DNA of 27,923 bases from Verrucomicrobiales bacterium (GCA_031411295.1 JANOAV010000191.1:1-27923); one strand, 5' to 3'. Shown: positions 9,408 through 19,634, counted from the stretch's first letter. The notes: generated by a model not told the origin, from the letters alone. Program-made: numbers and translations.

Positions 9408-10058
9408 ATGCCTCCGACCTCCCAATTCCATTATCCCGCCAATTCCGTCCGTTGTTACACCGGAGGATTTACCGCAACCAATGGCTATGTCATCCCATTG
9501 CCGGGCGGTTGCTTGGCCGTGGATGCACCGGAGGGGTTCGCAGATTGGCTTTCAGCTCAGGGGGTAAAGGTGCTGGCGCTGCTGCTGACGCATGCGCATT
9601 TCGACCACGTGATTGATGCGTCGGTGATTCAGGAAGAGCATGATTGCCCGATTTACGCTTGGGAAGTATCCACGGAAGAATCCCGCTTGGAAACGTATCT
9701 GTGGCAGGCGGCGGGGATGAAATTTATGGTAACGCCCTACCCTGTGACGGTGGAGCTTAAGGATGTGGCCTCCATCGTAGTGGAAGGCATGACGTTCGAC
9801 TTAGCGCATGTGCCAGGTCATTCTTTGGATAGCGTGGTTTTCATTGATCGGGCCCATGGCCGAGTGTTCTCAGGAGATACCCTGATGCAGGGAACCATGG
9901 GGAGAACGGATTTCCCCGGCGGGGGCACCGCAATGCTCTTGCGGGGGATTCGCCAACATCTGATGATGCTGCCCGATGATACAAAAGTTTATGCGGGGCA
10001 TGGCGAGCCAACCACGGTGGGAGCGGAACGGCGGTGGGTGGAGCAAGCGTTGGGATGA
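9408..10058 (+). CDS. MBL-fold metallo-hydrolase (glyoxalase II/YcbL-like), ~216 aa
   Basis: LLTHAHFDH, PGHS, FSGDTL, GRTDFPGG, YAGHG. Start placed at ATG 9408. Confidence 0.9.
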   Translation: MPPTSQFHYPANSVRCYTGGFTATNGYVIPLPGGCLAVDAPEGFADWLSAQGVKVLALLLTHAHFDHVIDASVIQEEHDCPIYAWEVSTEESRLETYLWQAAGMKFMVTPYPVTVELKDVASIVVEGMTFDLAHVPGHSLDSVVFIDRAHGRVFSGDTLMQGTMGRTDFPGGGTAMLLRGIRQHLMMLPDDTKVYAGHGEPTTVGAERRWVEQALG

Positions 10059-10061
10059 ATC

Positions 10062-10098
10062 AAACAAAAAAGACGGCCCGAGTTGCCTCGGGCCGTCT
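10062..10098 (-). terminator. Intrinsic terminator of the 14273->10124 transcription unit; lies between convergent genes
   Basis: 12-bp perfect stem AGACGGCCCGAG/CTCGGGCCGTCT (10071-10082/10087-10098), GCAA tetraloop and U-rich tail on the minus strand. Confidence 0.85.
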
Positions 10099-10123
10099 GG
10101 CGAAAAAATCCGCTAACTATAGC

Positions 10124-10816
10124 TTAGGGAGTCGGAGCAGCAACCGTGAAGGTGGTGTAAGCAATTGGGCTGACACGGCTTCCAAAGACCTTGACACGCA
10201 CCTTTTGTTTTGGCGTGGGCTCGTTTTCGGTGATGGTCTGGGTGATACTGGTGTCCACCGTGGCGGTGGGCTCACCGGGAATTTCGTCCTGAATGCCAAC
10301 CGTAATGATGTCAGTGGAGATCTGGTTGACGTAGTTGGCTTCGAAGAAGTAAGCCCAACCCTTGGCTTTGAAGAGCACGCCTGGGGCAGTCTTGGTCAGT
10401 TTCCCACTCCACTCAATATTGGCGATGAAGTCATCAGCGCCGTTACCGAATTGGATGGAAGGTGTGCCGACGGGGGTCAATTGGGCGCTGGCTGCGGGAG
10501 CGGTGATGGTGGTGCGTCCATTGGTGATCCCACTGATTTTCTTGGAGGGGAAGTCAACCATGCCGAAGCAGTCTCCGTAATACACCAAGCCTTGGTGGAA
10601 GACGACGGAGTTTGCATTGGGCGAGATGAATGGCTCAGATCCGCTGGAGAAGCGGAACATACCGGAACCATTCTTCATGGTGATCATTCCTTGGAAGACG
10701 CCACCAAAACGGCCATCGGCGGCGTTATTGCTGTAGGGACCGCCCACCCAAGCCATGGCTGGCGCGGCTTGGAAGAGCATGGAGAGAAGTGTAAGTGATG
10801 CGACGATTTTTTTCAT
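10124..10816 (-). CDS. Secreted hypothetical protein, 230 aa, predicted beta-rich
   Basis: Sec signal peptide MKKIVASLTLLSMLFQAAPAMA|WVGGP. No family recognised. Followed by the terminator. Confidence 0.75.
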   Translation of the reverse strand: MKKIVASLTLLSMLFQAAPAMAWVGGPYSNNAADGRFGGVFQGMITMKNGSGMFRFSSGSEPFISPNANSVVFHQGLVYYGDCFGMVDFPSKKISGITNGRTTITAPAASAQLTPVGTPSIQFGNGADDFIANIEWSGKLTKTAPGVLFKAKGWAYFFEANYVNQISTDIITVGIQDEIPGEPTATVDTSITQTITENEPTPKQKVRVKVFGSRVSPIAYTTFTVAAPTP

Positions 10817-10889
10817 GACGTTGTGAGTTTGGTGATTTGGTGACGATGGTCAAGATTTTTCTGAAGAATAAACGGATAATCTGAATAAA

Positions 10890-13800
10890 TTATGGAGCGG
10901 GGGTGAAAACAACATTTTGGACCCAACCAGCATCGGCTCCATCTGTGGTGGCAACCCCATTTTCGCTGTAAATCCATTTAGCAGAGTGCGTGCCAGCAGG
11001 GATATTGATCGCCACGGGCGTGTAACCCGCCACGAGCGTGCCGCTGATGGGCGTTACCAGCGTGTCGTTATCATCCAGCGTGAAGCTCAGGAAATCCTCA
11101 TCGGCAGCGGAGGAAACTCTCCAGTCGAAGGTGAGAACCCCAGGGCCAGTAACAGAAATTTCCATGGTGGATTTCTCGGCGTCAGCGACGGCACCACTGC
11201 GAGCAGCAGCAACATCCAAGGTCCAAGGATTGGCTCCATAGCTGGTAACTGGACCCGCAGTCCAACCAATCGCGGTAGCCAAATTGGCGTAGATGAACAG
11301 GAGGTGGTCGATGTGCCCGCGGTCCTCACCAGCATAGGCGGCGGAAGCGTTGTCATATTCCCAGCGCAGGGTATGGGTTCCAGCGGGTAGATCCACGCCG
11401 TGGTGCTGCCACCCGGAGTTGCCACTGAGGTAGGCTTCCACGGCGGCAGGGGCTGCGGCAACGTAGAAGTTCAGGTGATCGTCAACGTGGTTGTTGGTCA
11501 TCCAATCGAATTCCACCCGGACCGGCCCTTTGACACGGGTGCTGAACTCAGCTTTGTCACGGCCAGCAAAGATCGGACTAACGACAGAGTCTCCGCCGTT
11601 GAGGAAATGTTCGTTGGCCCAGAACCAATTATCCACCCCACTGGCACCAAAAACCTGTCCTGGCACGTCCAGCGCGGTGGCGATGGAGCGATCAGCAGGT
11701 TGGATCACGATGACAATGCGGACGGTCCGCACATCATGGGTCGGATCAGCCGGATTAACACAGTAATTGGTGGCGGTGATGTTGTAACGGAACGTGCCAG
11801 CGATAAGTGGGATCCCGGAAATCACTCCGTTAGTCAAGTTCAAGTCTGGAAAGAGGTCCCCCGGGTTACCAGGCCAGCCATCACCGTTCCATTCACTTGC
11901 GGTCCATCCTGAGATGGGGGTGACGTTCGTATTGAGAGTCAAATGGAAGGGCTCACCCACCGTTCCGATGGCCAAGTAGCCCCCGGTAATATTTGGCACC
12001 GGAATTCTCGGAAGAATGGTGAGCGTTCGATTGAGCGTGGTGGTCCCGATTTCGTTACGGGCAGAAAGGACGATGGGGAAGACGCCACTTTCGTAAGGGG
12101 TGCCTGAGATGTAGCCGGTGATGGTATCGCAACGCAACCCGACTGGGAGCCCGAAAGCAGCATAAGACAGTGGACAGCCGGAGGCTCCAATTTGGTAACC
12201 AGCGTAGGCGCGGCAGTATTCAATGCCGTTGGGCATGGGAACGGCTGCAATCGTAGGGGCAACCACGGGGCGAGCGCCCGGGCCACCGTGGAGGGTGAGT
12301 TTGACGTTCGTGATGGACCCAGCTTGACCACTGGTGTCGATCACTCTGAGTTGCCAATCCCCTCCGGCACACTCCGCCCAGTGTTGCGTTGTGGTGTAGT
12401 TCCAAGTGCCAGGACGCAAGACAGTAGCCCCATGCGGGATCTGGAGCAGGCTGACAATGCGGGCTGGCGAATGGCTGGAGCTTAAGAGGACCCTCAACCC
12501 GGCCGGACGTGGGTGTTCGACAGAGAGCGAAACTTCAACTTTTTCGATCCGGATGCGGGGACCATTGGCAATCCGGAAGCTCTTGGTTACCGCTCCACCA
12601 GCGGGAATCCCTGTGATATCACCGTCTTCATACTCCTTCTCATAGTCTGCGGCTAAATTTTTCCAAGTCTTAGCCATGGTGCAGGCAGCAGCCGTGTTGA
12701 GCATCCCATGTCCTGCATCATGGCTGGTATGGTAAAGCACGCCGTCTGTCACCCGGTCTTGGAAATCAAGCCCTCCTACTTCCTGAGAGGTGCGGGCGAT
12801 GATGTCCCAGACGTCACGCACTCCCAGGCTGGGTTTTGCTTGAATCATGAGCGCGATCCCTCCACTGACAATCGGGGCCGCGGCAGAAGTGCCGTTAAAA
12901 GTGTTGGTATAACTTGTGCTAGCCATGCGGCGTCCGGGATTGGCGGGGGTTTCGGCTGGGTTATAACCCAAGCCGCCGGAGCGGTCGGTCGTGGTGATCA
13001 TTTCGAAAGGAGCGTTGATAGCATCTCCCGAGGGGCCACCCACCAGATTACAAGCGCCCATTGTCGTATAAGATGCTGGGAACCCAATGTCGATGGTTGC
13101 GGAGACCGGAAGGGACCAATAGTTATTGGTGGTGAAGGAATCGTTTGAGTCTTGAGCCCCGCGTGAGTTACCGGCGGAGAAGACCATAACGGTGCCACGC
13201 CCAGCGCGCCCCCTAGTAGCTGCTTTAACAATACCCGGAGGTATGGCATCTGCAGGGACATAGGACACGTTATATCCCCAGCTATTATTGCACACATGGA
13301 CCAGCGAATTGTAAAATGCCAACGCGTAGTCTTCCTGAGAGGCTCCGCCGCCGCCGAGAATCCGATAGCCGATGAGCTTGCCACGAAATGCAACCCCAGC
13401 AACGCCGAAGGTGTTATCTCCGACCGCGGCCATCAATCCACCAACGCAAGTGCCATGCTCTCCTGCCGTGGGATCTCCGTCTTGTTCGACGAAATCGAAG
13501 CCTCCGCGAGACGCGACATTGGATTTAAGATCCGCATGGTTTAGCTCTAAGCCGTCGTCGAGCAATGACAGGGTCATTCCCGTGCCGCGGTAGAGATCCC
13601 AAGCAGGCTCTGCGTTGATGTCGATGCCAGGAACTCCACCGCGCACTCCGACATTTTTGATATGCCAACCATAACCAGCATTGCCGGCTCTATAAGCGTA
13701 GTAGGCGTCATTGGGGACATAGTGCAACCCCGTGTTCGAAGTGTCAATGTAGATTGGCCGAGCAGCCGTGATCCCAGAGATCTTCAGGGCTGCCTCCGCA

Positions 13801-14273
13801 CCTGCTAGGCTGTCAGCGGCACCTGCAAAGGTGAAGATGCCAACGCCAGGGGTGTCGCCCAGGAAGGGAGTATAGGAGGTAGCATTAATCGCTGTTGTGA
13901 CTGCGGCTACGTTGAGCGTGCCCGTAAAACGGACGATAATTTTCCGCTGCAGCACAATCTTGTTGGCCGCTCCGTCCGCCTTCATCACCAACGAGTGTCC
14001 GCGCTTGGTGGAGGTTTCGAGGGTGGCAACTTTAGCTGCCAACGCACTCAGGTTCGTAACCGTTACTGGAACAAATGCTTCTGCCAGATCGGCCGTGGGG
14101 TTGGCTCGCAGGGTAGATAGATCAACCCGAAAGGTCTTCATTTTGCCCTGATCGGAAAACTGGTAAACACCATCCTCATGCAAGGGCAATCCGGCATGGG
14201 CTGAGGAAACGAGCGCTGGAACGGCCAGGAGCGCACCAAAAACGGAGGCCAGGGTGGATTTCATGGTTTGCAT
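10890..14273 (-). CDS. Secreted kexin/furin-like S8 serine peptidase with P-domain, two putative Ig domains and two tandem C-terminal beta domains, ~1127 aa
   Basis: Catalytic triad LLDDG, EHGTCVGG, GTSAAAP; oxyanion SAGN. P-domain IEKVEVSLSVEHPR...GDWQLRVID. Ig-like GLPVGL...TGYISGTP and NGVISGIP. Start is ATG 14273 or 14264, followed by a signal peptide. Confidence 0.9.
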   Translation of the reverse strand: MQTMKSTLASVFGALLAVPALVSSAHAGLPLHEDGVYQFSDQGKMKTFRVDLSTLRANPTADLAEAFVPVTVTNLSALAAKVATLETSTKRGHSLVMKADGAANKIVLQRKIIVRFTGTLNVAAVTTAINATSYTPFLGDTPGVGIFTFAGAADSLAGAEAALKISGITAARPIYIDTSNTGLHYVPNDAYYAYRAGNAGYGWHIKNVGVRGGVPGIDINAEPAWDLYRGTGMTLSLLDDGLELNHADLKSNVASRGGFDFVEQDGDPTAGEHGTCVGGLMAAVGDNTFGVAGVAFRGKLIGYRILGGGGASQEDYALAFYNSLVHVCNNSWGYNVSYVPADAIPPGIVKAATRGRAGRGTVMVFSAGNSRGAQDSNDSFTTNNYWSLPVSATIDIGFPASYTTMGACNLVGGPSGDAINAPFEMITTTDRSGGLGYNPAETPANPGRRMASTSYTNTFNGTSAAAPIVSGGIALMIQAKPSLGVRDVWDIIARTSQEVGGLDFQDRVTDGVLYHTSHDAGHGMLNTAAACTMAKTWKNLAADYEKEYEDGDITGIPAGGAVTKSFRIANGPRIRIEKVEVSLSVEHPRPAGLRVLLSSSHSPARIVSLLQIPHGATVLRPGTWNYTTTQHWAECAGGDWQLRVIDTSGQAGSITNVKLTLHGGPGARPVVAPTIAAVPMPNGIEYCRAYAGYQIGASGCPLSYAAFGLPVGLRCDTITGYISGTPYESGVFPIVLSARNEIGTTTLNRTLTILPRIPVPNITGGYLAIGTVGEPFHLTLNTNVTPISGWTASEWNGDGWPGNPGDLFPDLNLTNGVISGIPLIAGTFRYNITATNYCVNPADPTHDVRTVRIVIVIQPADRSIATALDVPGQVFGASGVDNWFWANEHFLNGGDSVVSPIFAGRDKAEFSTRVKGPVRVEFDWMTNNHVDDHLNFYVAAAPAAVEAYLSGNSGWQHHGVDLPAGTHTLRWEYDNASAAYAGEDRGHIDHLLFIYANLATAIGWTAGPVTSYGANPWTLDVAAARSGAVADAEKSTMEISVTGPGVLTFDWRVSSAADEDFLSFTLDDNDTLVTPISGTLVAGYTPVAINIPAGTHSAKWIYSENGVATTDGADAGWVQNVVFTPAP

Positions 14274-14417
14274 ATTGGGAGAATGAGGGGAAATAAGAGC
14301 AATATTTGGGGCATGATGCCATTTAGGTAAAAAATTGAAAGAAAAATCTTTCGGAATTTTCACTCGAATCATTAGACTATGCCAACACAATTCAATTTCC
14401 ATGTAAATCCATTGTAA

Positions 14418-15548
14418 ATGCATTCTTCATTTGTAATCACGACTGAAAGGTCAGAGTTTGCTAGGCGCCGCAGTTGGACGGAATTTTCCTCTCCGGCAGT
14501 GCAGAGGAATCTTGAGGTGGCGCAGGCCCTGGCCGGGTCAGCAGCAGAACTCATGGCGGTGGTGAAGGCGGATGGGTATGGCCACGGGGCGCTGCGGATG
14601 GCCCGCGCTTGCGCTGGCAGGGTGCATTCGTTGGGCGTGGCCTGCGTGGCGGAGGCGGAATTGCTGCGGAAGGGTGGGGTGGAGGAGCCAATTTATATTT
14701 TGGGCCCAGCGTTGCCCCAGGAGCGCGAGGCAGTGGTGGCGGGGAAATTTCGTCCGGTGGTTTCGACCGGGGATGAAGGCAATGCTTGGAATGAGGCCGC
14801 CTCTAGGGCAGGGGTGCAGTTGCCAGTGGTGTGGGTGTTAGATACGGGGATGGGACGGATCGGCACGCCGCCCTGGAACGTTGAGTTGTTGGCGGGAGCC
14901 TGGGGCGGCTGGTCGCATCTGCATTTGGATAGCATTGCCAGCCATTTTCCCTCGGCGGATGAGGATGAGGACTTTACTCATCAACAATCGCGCGGTTTCC
15001 ATGCCAGAGTGGAGGAGTTGCGCTTGCTTGGAGTGGTGCCGGACCGAGTGCAGTTAAATAATAGCGCTGGCATCATGCGGTATGGCACCCCGCCGCGGGA
15101 GTTGGTGCGAGCGGGCCTCATGTTGTATGGAGTGGCGCCATGCCCCGAGCACCAGGCTCAGTTGGAGCCGGTGCTCACCTGGAAAACTCAGGTGAGCTTG
15201 GTGCGCGAATTGCCCGCCGGGTGGGGCGTAAATTATGGCCGCACCTTTGTTACCCCGGAACCGATGCTCGTGGCTACCTTGGCGGTCGGCTATGCGGATG
15301 GCTACCTGCGGGCGCTGTCGAATCGTGGCGCGGAAGTGTTAATTCAGGGGCAACGATGTCCTGTGTTAGGAAGGGTCACGATGGACCAAATCGTCGTGGG
15401 CGTGGGGCATCTGCCCATCCCGCCTCGGGTGGGTGGGGAGGTGGTCTTGCTGGGGCGGCAGGGGGCGGAGGAGGTCACGGCGGCGGAGTTGGCACTGAAA
15501 GCGGGCACGATTCCTTGGGAAATTTTCACGAGTATCAAGGCGCGATAG
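14418..15548 (+). CDS. alr: Alanine racemase, 376 aa
   Basis: MAVVKADGYGHG (PLP Lys), DTGMGRIG, SHFPSAD, NSAG, VRAGLMLYG, VNYG (Tyr), GYADG, GRVTMDQ. Confidence 0.95.
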   Translation: MHSSFVITTERSEFARRRSWTEFSSPAVQRNLEVAQALAGSAAELMAVVKADGYGHGALRMARACAGRVHSLGVACVAEAELLRKGGVEEPIYILGPALPQEREAVVAGKFRPVVSTGDEGNAWNEAASRAGVQLPVVWVLDTGMGRIGTPPWNVELLAGAWGGWSHLHLDSIASHFPSADEDEDFTHQQSRGFHARVEELRLLGVVPDRVQLNNSAGIMRYGTPPRELVRAGLMLYGVAPCPEHQAQLEPVLTWKTQVSLVRELPAGWGVNYGRTFVTPEPMLVATLAVGYADGYLRALSNRGAEVLIQGQRCPVLGRVTMDQIVVGVGHLPIPPRVGGEVVLLGRQGAEEVTAAELALKAGTIPWEIFTSIKAR

Positions 15549-15619
15549 GCAAAACTATTGCCAGCGAGGGAGATTTCCGTTAAGATGCGCCTTCGATCGG
15601 TATTTTCCTTCCCCTCCTA

Positions 15620-18600
15620 ATGAAATTTCCATGTAGTAGTCTGTCCTGCTGGGCCCGTTGCGTGCCTTGGCTGCTGGCTTTGTTGCTCGCGCCGTGCGGT
15701 GGGGCATGGGCGGGGATCATTGCTTCTGAGAGCTTTAGCTATACGGCGGCCAGTCCGCTGGCCGGTAAAGGCAGCGCTGGCCAGGGTTGGGCGGGGGCGT
15801 GGGAGCCGGGACCGGGGATTGTGGTGGGGACGGTGGTTAGCACCCCGATTAGTTTTACCCCGGCGTTGGGAAACACGTTGGGGGGCGGAAATGCGGTGGA
15901 TTTAACTCTGGCCACTTCTGCCGGATCGGGAGTGGCCGCATTCCGTGGGCTGTTCGCCCCGCAGGCGGGGACGATCTATGTGGCTGCGTTGCTGAAATTT
16001 ACGGGCACGATGAATACGGATGATGCCTTTGCGATTAATCTCAGCGAGTTACCGGGAAATATTACCAACGGGTTCGGGTTCGGTTTCCGCGGATTGACGA
16101 CGGCAACGGGCCACCACTTCTTCATCCGCAAGGGGGAGGTCACGCCCACCGGATCGACGCAATCCGGTTACGGTCCCAAGATGTCACTCTTCAGCGCCAG
16201 CACGGGCACGCACTATTTGGTGGTGAAGGTGGAGAAGACGGTGGCGGGGGGGAACTACAACAAGGTGACTGGCTGGATCAATCCCGGGAGTAATTCCGAA
16301 GTCACCCTGCCCAATGGAAATATGCAGTTGAACGGAGATTTGGGACTGGCGGCCATCAGTCAAGTCCATTTGGGCGAAGATAACGTCGATACCGGGGACA
16401 GCACGCGGGTGGACGCACTGGCGCTGGCTACTTCCTTTGCTGATTTAATGGCTCCCGCGGGTCCCGGGGCGGGGCCGTATGCTACACTGCGGGTGGAGTC
16501 GGCAGCGGATGGCAGTGCCGGAGTGGCCTTGCCTGCGCAGTCGATTCCCGCGGGCACGAGCCTTTCGCTCTATGCCATCGCGCGGGATGGAGCGGGCGTT
16601 TTCCAAGGGAATCCTTCCGCCGTCTGGAGTCTGACGGACGTTGCCAACGTGACTGTGCCGGGGAAACTCATCCCTGCGGTGGATGGGAAAAGTGCCATTT
16701 TCACTGCCGCATTGGCTGGCACCTATAAAATTCAACTCACGGGCAATGCGTCAACCTTCGTGGGTTCAGGAATCCTTACCGTCACGGTCTCTGCCGCCAC
16801 GCATATTTTGTTGGAGACGGACGCAGATGGCAGCGGGTTGGTGATTCCGGCCATGACCCTCGCCCCGGGGGATGAGGTGCGGGCGTATGCGATCTCCCGA
16901 GATGCCGGAGAGAATTTCATTGCCAATGTGGCGGCTACGAGTTGGTCGCTGACGAATCTTTCCGGCAGTGTGTTGGCAACGAATTTAGTGGCCGCGGCCG
17001 ACCAAAAGAGCGCCACCTTTACCGCTAGTGCGCCTGGAGCAGCGATCATTTCCGCAGGGGCAGATTTACCCGTTACGCCCTCCAATCTGATCACCGTCGA
17101 TCGGGGAGAGATCACTTGGTCCGGCACCGGGTCCAGTTGGAATCCGGCAGCGGCCGGCGGTTGGTTTTTGCAGAATTTGGAAACGGTGGCGACTTTCTTC
17201 CAGGCGGATCGGGTGAGTTTCGATGACACGGGAATAGCCAATCCCGTGGTCACGCTCGTGGGGGCGTTGAGTCCCCGGGCGGTGCGGGTGAGTGGTGAGA
17301 GTCCCTACACCTTTTCCGGCAGTGGGAAAATTTCCGGCCCCGCCACGCTGCGACATTACAGTTCAGGTCTGCTGACGATCCTAACGGACAATGATTATTC
17401 GGGACTCACCACGATTGATGGGCCGGTTCGAGTTGGCAACGGTGGGACGGTGGGCAGCTTTGGCACCGGGGATATCTATTTTGGTTCGCTGCAGGAGTTG
17501 ATCCTTAACCGCAGCAATACCTTGACGATGACGAATCGGATCTACGGGGGGAGTCTGGAAAGTGGCCCGATCTTGCTGGTCAATACCGGGGTGGTCGTGC
17601 TGGGCGGAACCACGGACAATACCAACGCCAGCGCTACCGTGGCCGCTGGCGCCACCTTGGAGCTGGCCAAGGCCAGCAGCATCCCCAATGGGGTGAAGGC
17701 GTTGGATGGAGATATTCAGGTGCAGGCAGGCGGCACCCTTCGCCTGGCGGGCACCGGGGGGAATCAGCTGGGTGATACCGCCACGGTTAGTCTGGCTGGA
17801 CTCTTTGACCTGCGGGGTCGGAGTGAGACCTTGGGCACACTGTCCGGTGCAGGCACGGTGGAGGGAAATGTCAGTGGTGCAGGGACGGTGGCGCTTCGGC
17901 TAAGCGGGGGAACGTTTACGGGTGTGATCCAAGATACCGGATTCAGCGCTACGGATAAGCTGCAGATGGTGAAGTTGGGTGATGAGACGCTGGTCCTCCA
18001 AGGTGCCAATACCTTCCATGGCGGCATTACCTTGAATTCAAACAGCGATGTGCGGATCAATGGAAATGGTGGCGGAGCCACGGGCACGAATCAAGTAGGC
18101 GGTTTCGGAAGGTTCGGCGGCACGGGGACCACCGGAGGCCTCATTAACGTGACGTCCAACGGGTCCGTAGATCCGGGAGCAGCCATCGGAAGTATCGGAA
18201 CCCTGACAGGGTTGAACGGGGCGAAAATTGCCGGCAACTACCTTTGTGATATCAATGGCGCGACCAGTGATTTATTGGCGATCACAGGGAATCTTGACCT
18301 CACGGGGGGCACGTTTGTCATCCAACCCGCAGGCAGCGGGGTGAACCAGCCCAGCTATGTGCTGGCTACTTACACGGGCACCCTAACGGGAGTATTGACG
18401 GCCTTTCCGGCCTTGCCTGCGGGCTACGTTTTGAGCTATAACACCCCGGGGCAGATCAAGCTCGCGCTGGCCACCGCCTACGATAACTTTGTGGCTACGA
18501 TAGCGGATCCTGCCCTGCGCAATGCGAGCATGGATCCTGATCGCGATGGTCTGGCCAACGGCATCGAGTTCGTGCTGGGAGGAAACGCGGCTGCGGTTAA

Positions 18601-18910
18601 TAACAGTGCGCTCCTGCCTACGCTGACCCTAATCACAGCCAACCTGGGGGCCGGAGCCAAGCCCTATGTGCGCTTCAGCTTCCGCCGCACGGATCCCTCC
18701 GCCTATCTGAATCCAGTAGCGGAATATGATGTGGATTTGCAAGGCACGTGGACCGCTTCCACCAGCGGCACGGCCACCACGGCAGGCGTGGTGGTGCAGT
18801 CCACCAATGATGCCTATGCCGTGGGCGTGGATCGGGTGGATGTGTCCATTCCCACCAGTTTGGCTGGCGCCGGGAAAATTTTCGTGCGACTCAGGGTTAC
18901 CGTTCCCTAG
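15620..18910 (+). CDS. Large secreted protein with autotransporter-associated beta-strand (passenger) repeats, Ig-like repeats and a lineage-type C-terminal domain, 1096 aa
   Basis: Signal peptide. Passenger repeats SSGLLTILTDNDYSGLTTI and KLGDETLVLQGANTFHGGITL. Two similar ~100-aa modules starting near 16484 and 16802. C-terminal DPDRDGLANGIEFVLGG...FVRLRVTVP. Confidence 0.85.
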   Translation: MKFPCSSLSCWARCVPWLLALLLAPCGGAWAGIIASESFSYTAASPLAGKGSAGQGWAGAWEPGPGIVVGTVVSTPISFTPALGNTLGGGNAVDLTLATSAGSGVAAFRGLFAPQAGTIYVAALLKFTGTMNTDDAFAINLSELPGNITNGFGFGFRGLTTATGHHFFIRKGEVTPTGSTQSGYGPKMSLFSASTGTHYLVVKVEKTVAGGNYNKVTGWINPGSNSEVTLPNGNMQLNGDLGLAAISQVHLGEDNVDTGDSTRVDALALATSFADLMAPAGPGAGPYATLRVESAADGSAGVALPAQSIPAGTSLSLYAIARDGAGVFQGNPSAVWSLTDVANVTVPGKLIPAVDGKSAIFTAALAGTYKIQLTGNASTFVGSGILTVTVSAATHILLETDADGSGLVIPAMTLAPGDEVRAYAISRDAGENFIANVAATSWSLTNLSGSVLATNLVAAADQKSATFTASAPGAAIISAGADLPVTPSNLITVDRGEITWSGTGSSWNPAAAGGWFLQNLETVATFFQADRVSFDDTGIANPVVTLVGALSPRAVRVSGESPYTFSGSGKISGPATLRHYSSGLLTILTDNDYSGLTTIDGPVRVGNGGTVGSFGTGDIYFGSLQELILNRSNTLTMTNRIYGGSLESGPILLVNTGVVVLGGTTDNTNASATVAAGATLELAKASSIPNGVKALDGDIQVQAGGTLRLAGTGGNQLGDTATVSLAGLFDLRGRSETLGTLSGAGTVEGNVSGAGTVALRLSGGTFTGVIQDTGFSATDKLQMVKLGDETLVLQGANTFHGGITLNSNSDVRINGNGGGATGTNQVGGFGRFGGTGTTGGLINVTSNGSVDPGAAIGSIGTLTGLNGAKIAGNYLCDINGATSDLLAITGNLDLTGGTFVIQPAGSGVNQPSYVLATYTGTLTGVLTAFPALPAGYVLSYNTPGQIKLALATAYDNFVATIADPALRNASMDPDRDGLANGIEFVLGGNAAAVNNSALLPTLTLITANLGAGAKPYVRFSFRRTDPSAYLNPVAEYDVDLQGTWTASTSGTATTAGVVVQSTNDAYAVGVDRVDVSIPTSLAGAGKIFVRLRVTVP

Positions 18911-19092
18911 ACTGCGATAGCCTGTCGGCGGGCGGAATTGGCAAAGAAATGGTGAAAATTTTCTGCAACTCGCCCATGGATTCGGGGTTTCGCCCTGTGA
19001 CCGAATTCGAATCCGTAGTAAGATGGGACTAGTCGGACTGAAAAAAGCGGGTATAATGCCCTGAATTTCTGTCCCTCCAACTCCTCGCACTC

Positions 19093-19590
19093 ATGAAAAC
19101 CATCCTCCTAGCCTTCCTCACTACCTCCTTGCTCCTGCACGCGGAGGAGCCAAAATCGTCCTCTGATAAGTCCGACAAATCCGGCCTTAAAAGCAAGCTG
19201 GGTTCCTTGCTCAAGAAAATCGACAAGGATGGTGATGGTAAACTCGACGATGCTGAGAAAGAAGCGCTGCATGGCAAGGTGAAGCAGGAAGTGCTCGAAC
19301 GCTATGATGCCAACAAGGACGGCGTGCTCTCCGACGAGGAGAAAGCCAAAGCCAAGGCGGATGGCCAGAAAAAGCTCAACGGGGGAGACGATGACACTCC
19401 TGCCGAGAAAAAACTCCGCGCAGAATTTAACAAGCGCTTCGACAAGGATGGCGACGGTAAACTAAACGAAGCAGAGAAGAAAGCAGCGCTTGAGGCGGCC
19501 AAAAAATTACGGGAAAAGGCCCCGACCAAAGCAGCTGCCGCAACCAAATCAATCGACAGCAAGCCTGATTCCAAGCCCGCCAAACCATAA
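19093..19590 (+). CDS. Secreted EF-hand calcium-binding protein, 165 aa
   Basis: Signal peptide. EF-hand loops DKDGDGKLDDAE, DANKDGVLSDEE and DKDGDGKLNEAE. Confidence 0.88.
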   Translation: MKTILLAFLTTSLLLHAEEPKSSSDKSDKSGLKSKLGSLLKKIDKDGDGKLDDAEKEALHGKVKQEVLERYDANKDGVLSDEEKAKAKADGQKKLNGGDDDTPAEKKLRAEFNKRFDKDGDGKLNEAEKKAALEAAKKLREKAPTKAAAATKSIDSKPDSKPAKP

Positions 19591-19634
19591 TTTCCCCCGC
19601 CAAGCTCACCGCGCACTACCTACTTGCTTTAATC

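Noticed and set aside
15520..15548. Alr C-terminus slightly shorter than typical (ends SIKAR)
   Set aside because: All catalytic motifs are intact and no frameshifted continuation is evident, so it is not called a pseudogene.
18977..19015. GGATTCG/CGAATCC inverted repeat upstream of the EF-hand gene
   Set aside because: 7-bp arms with a long loop. No recognisable riboswitch or terminator features.
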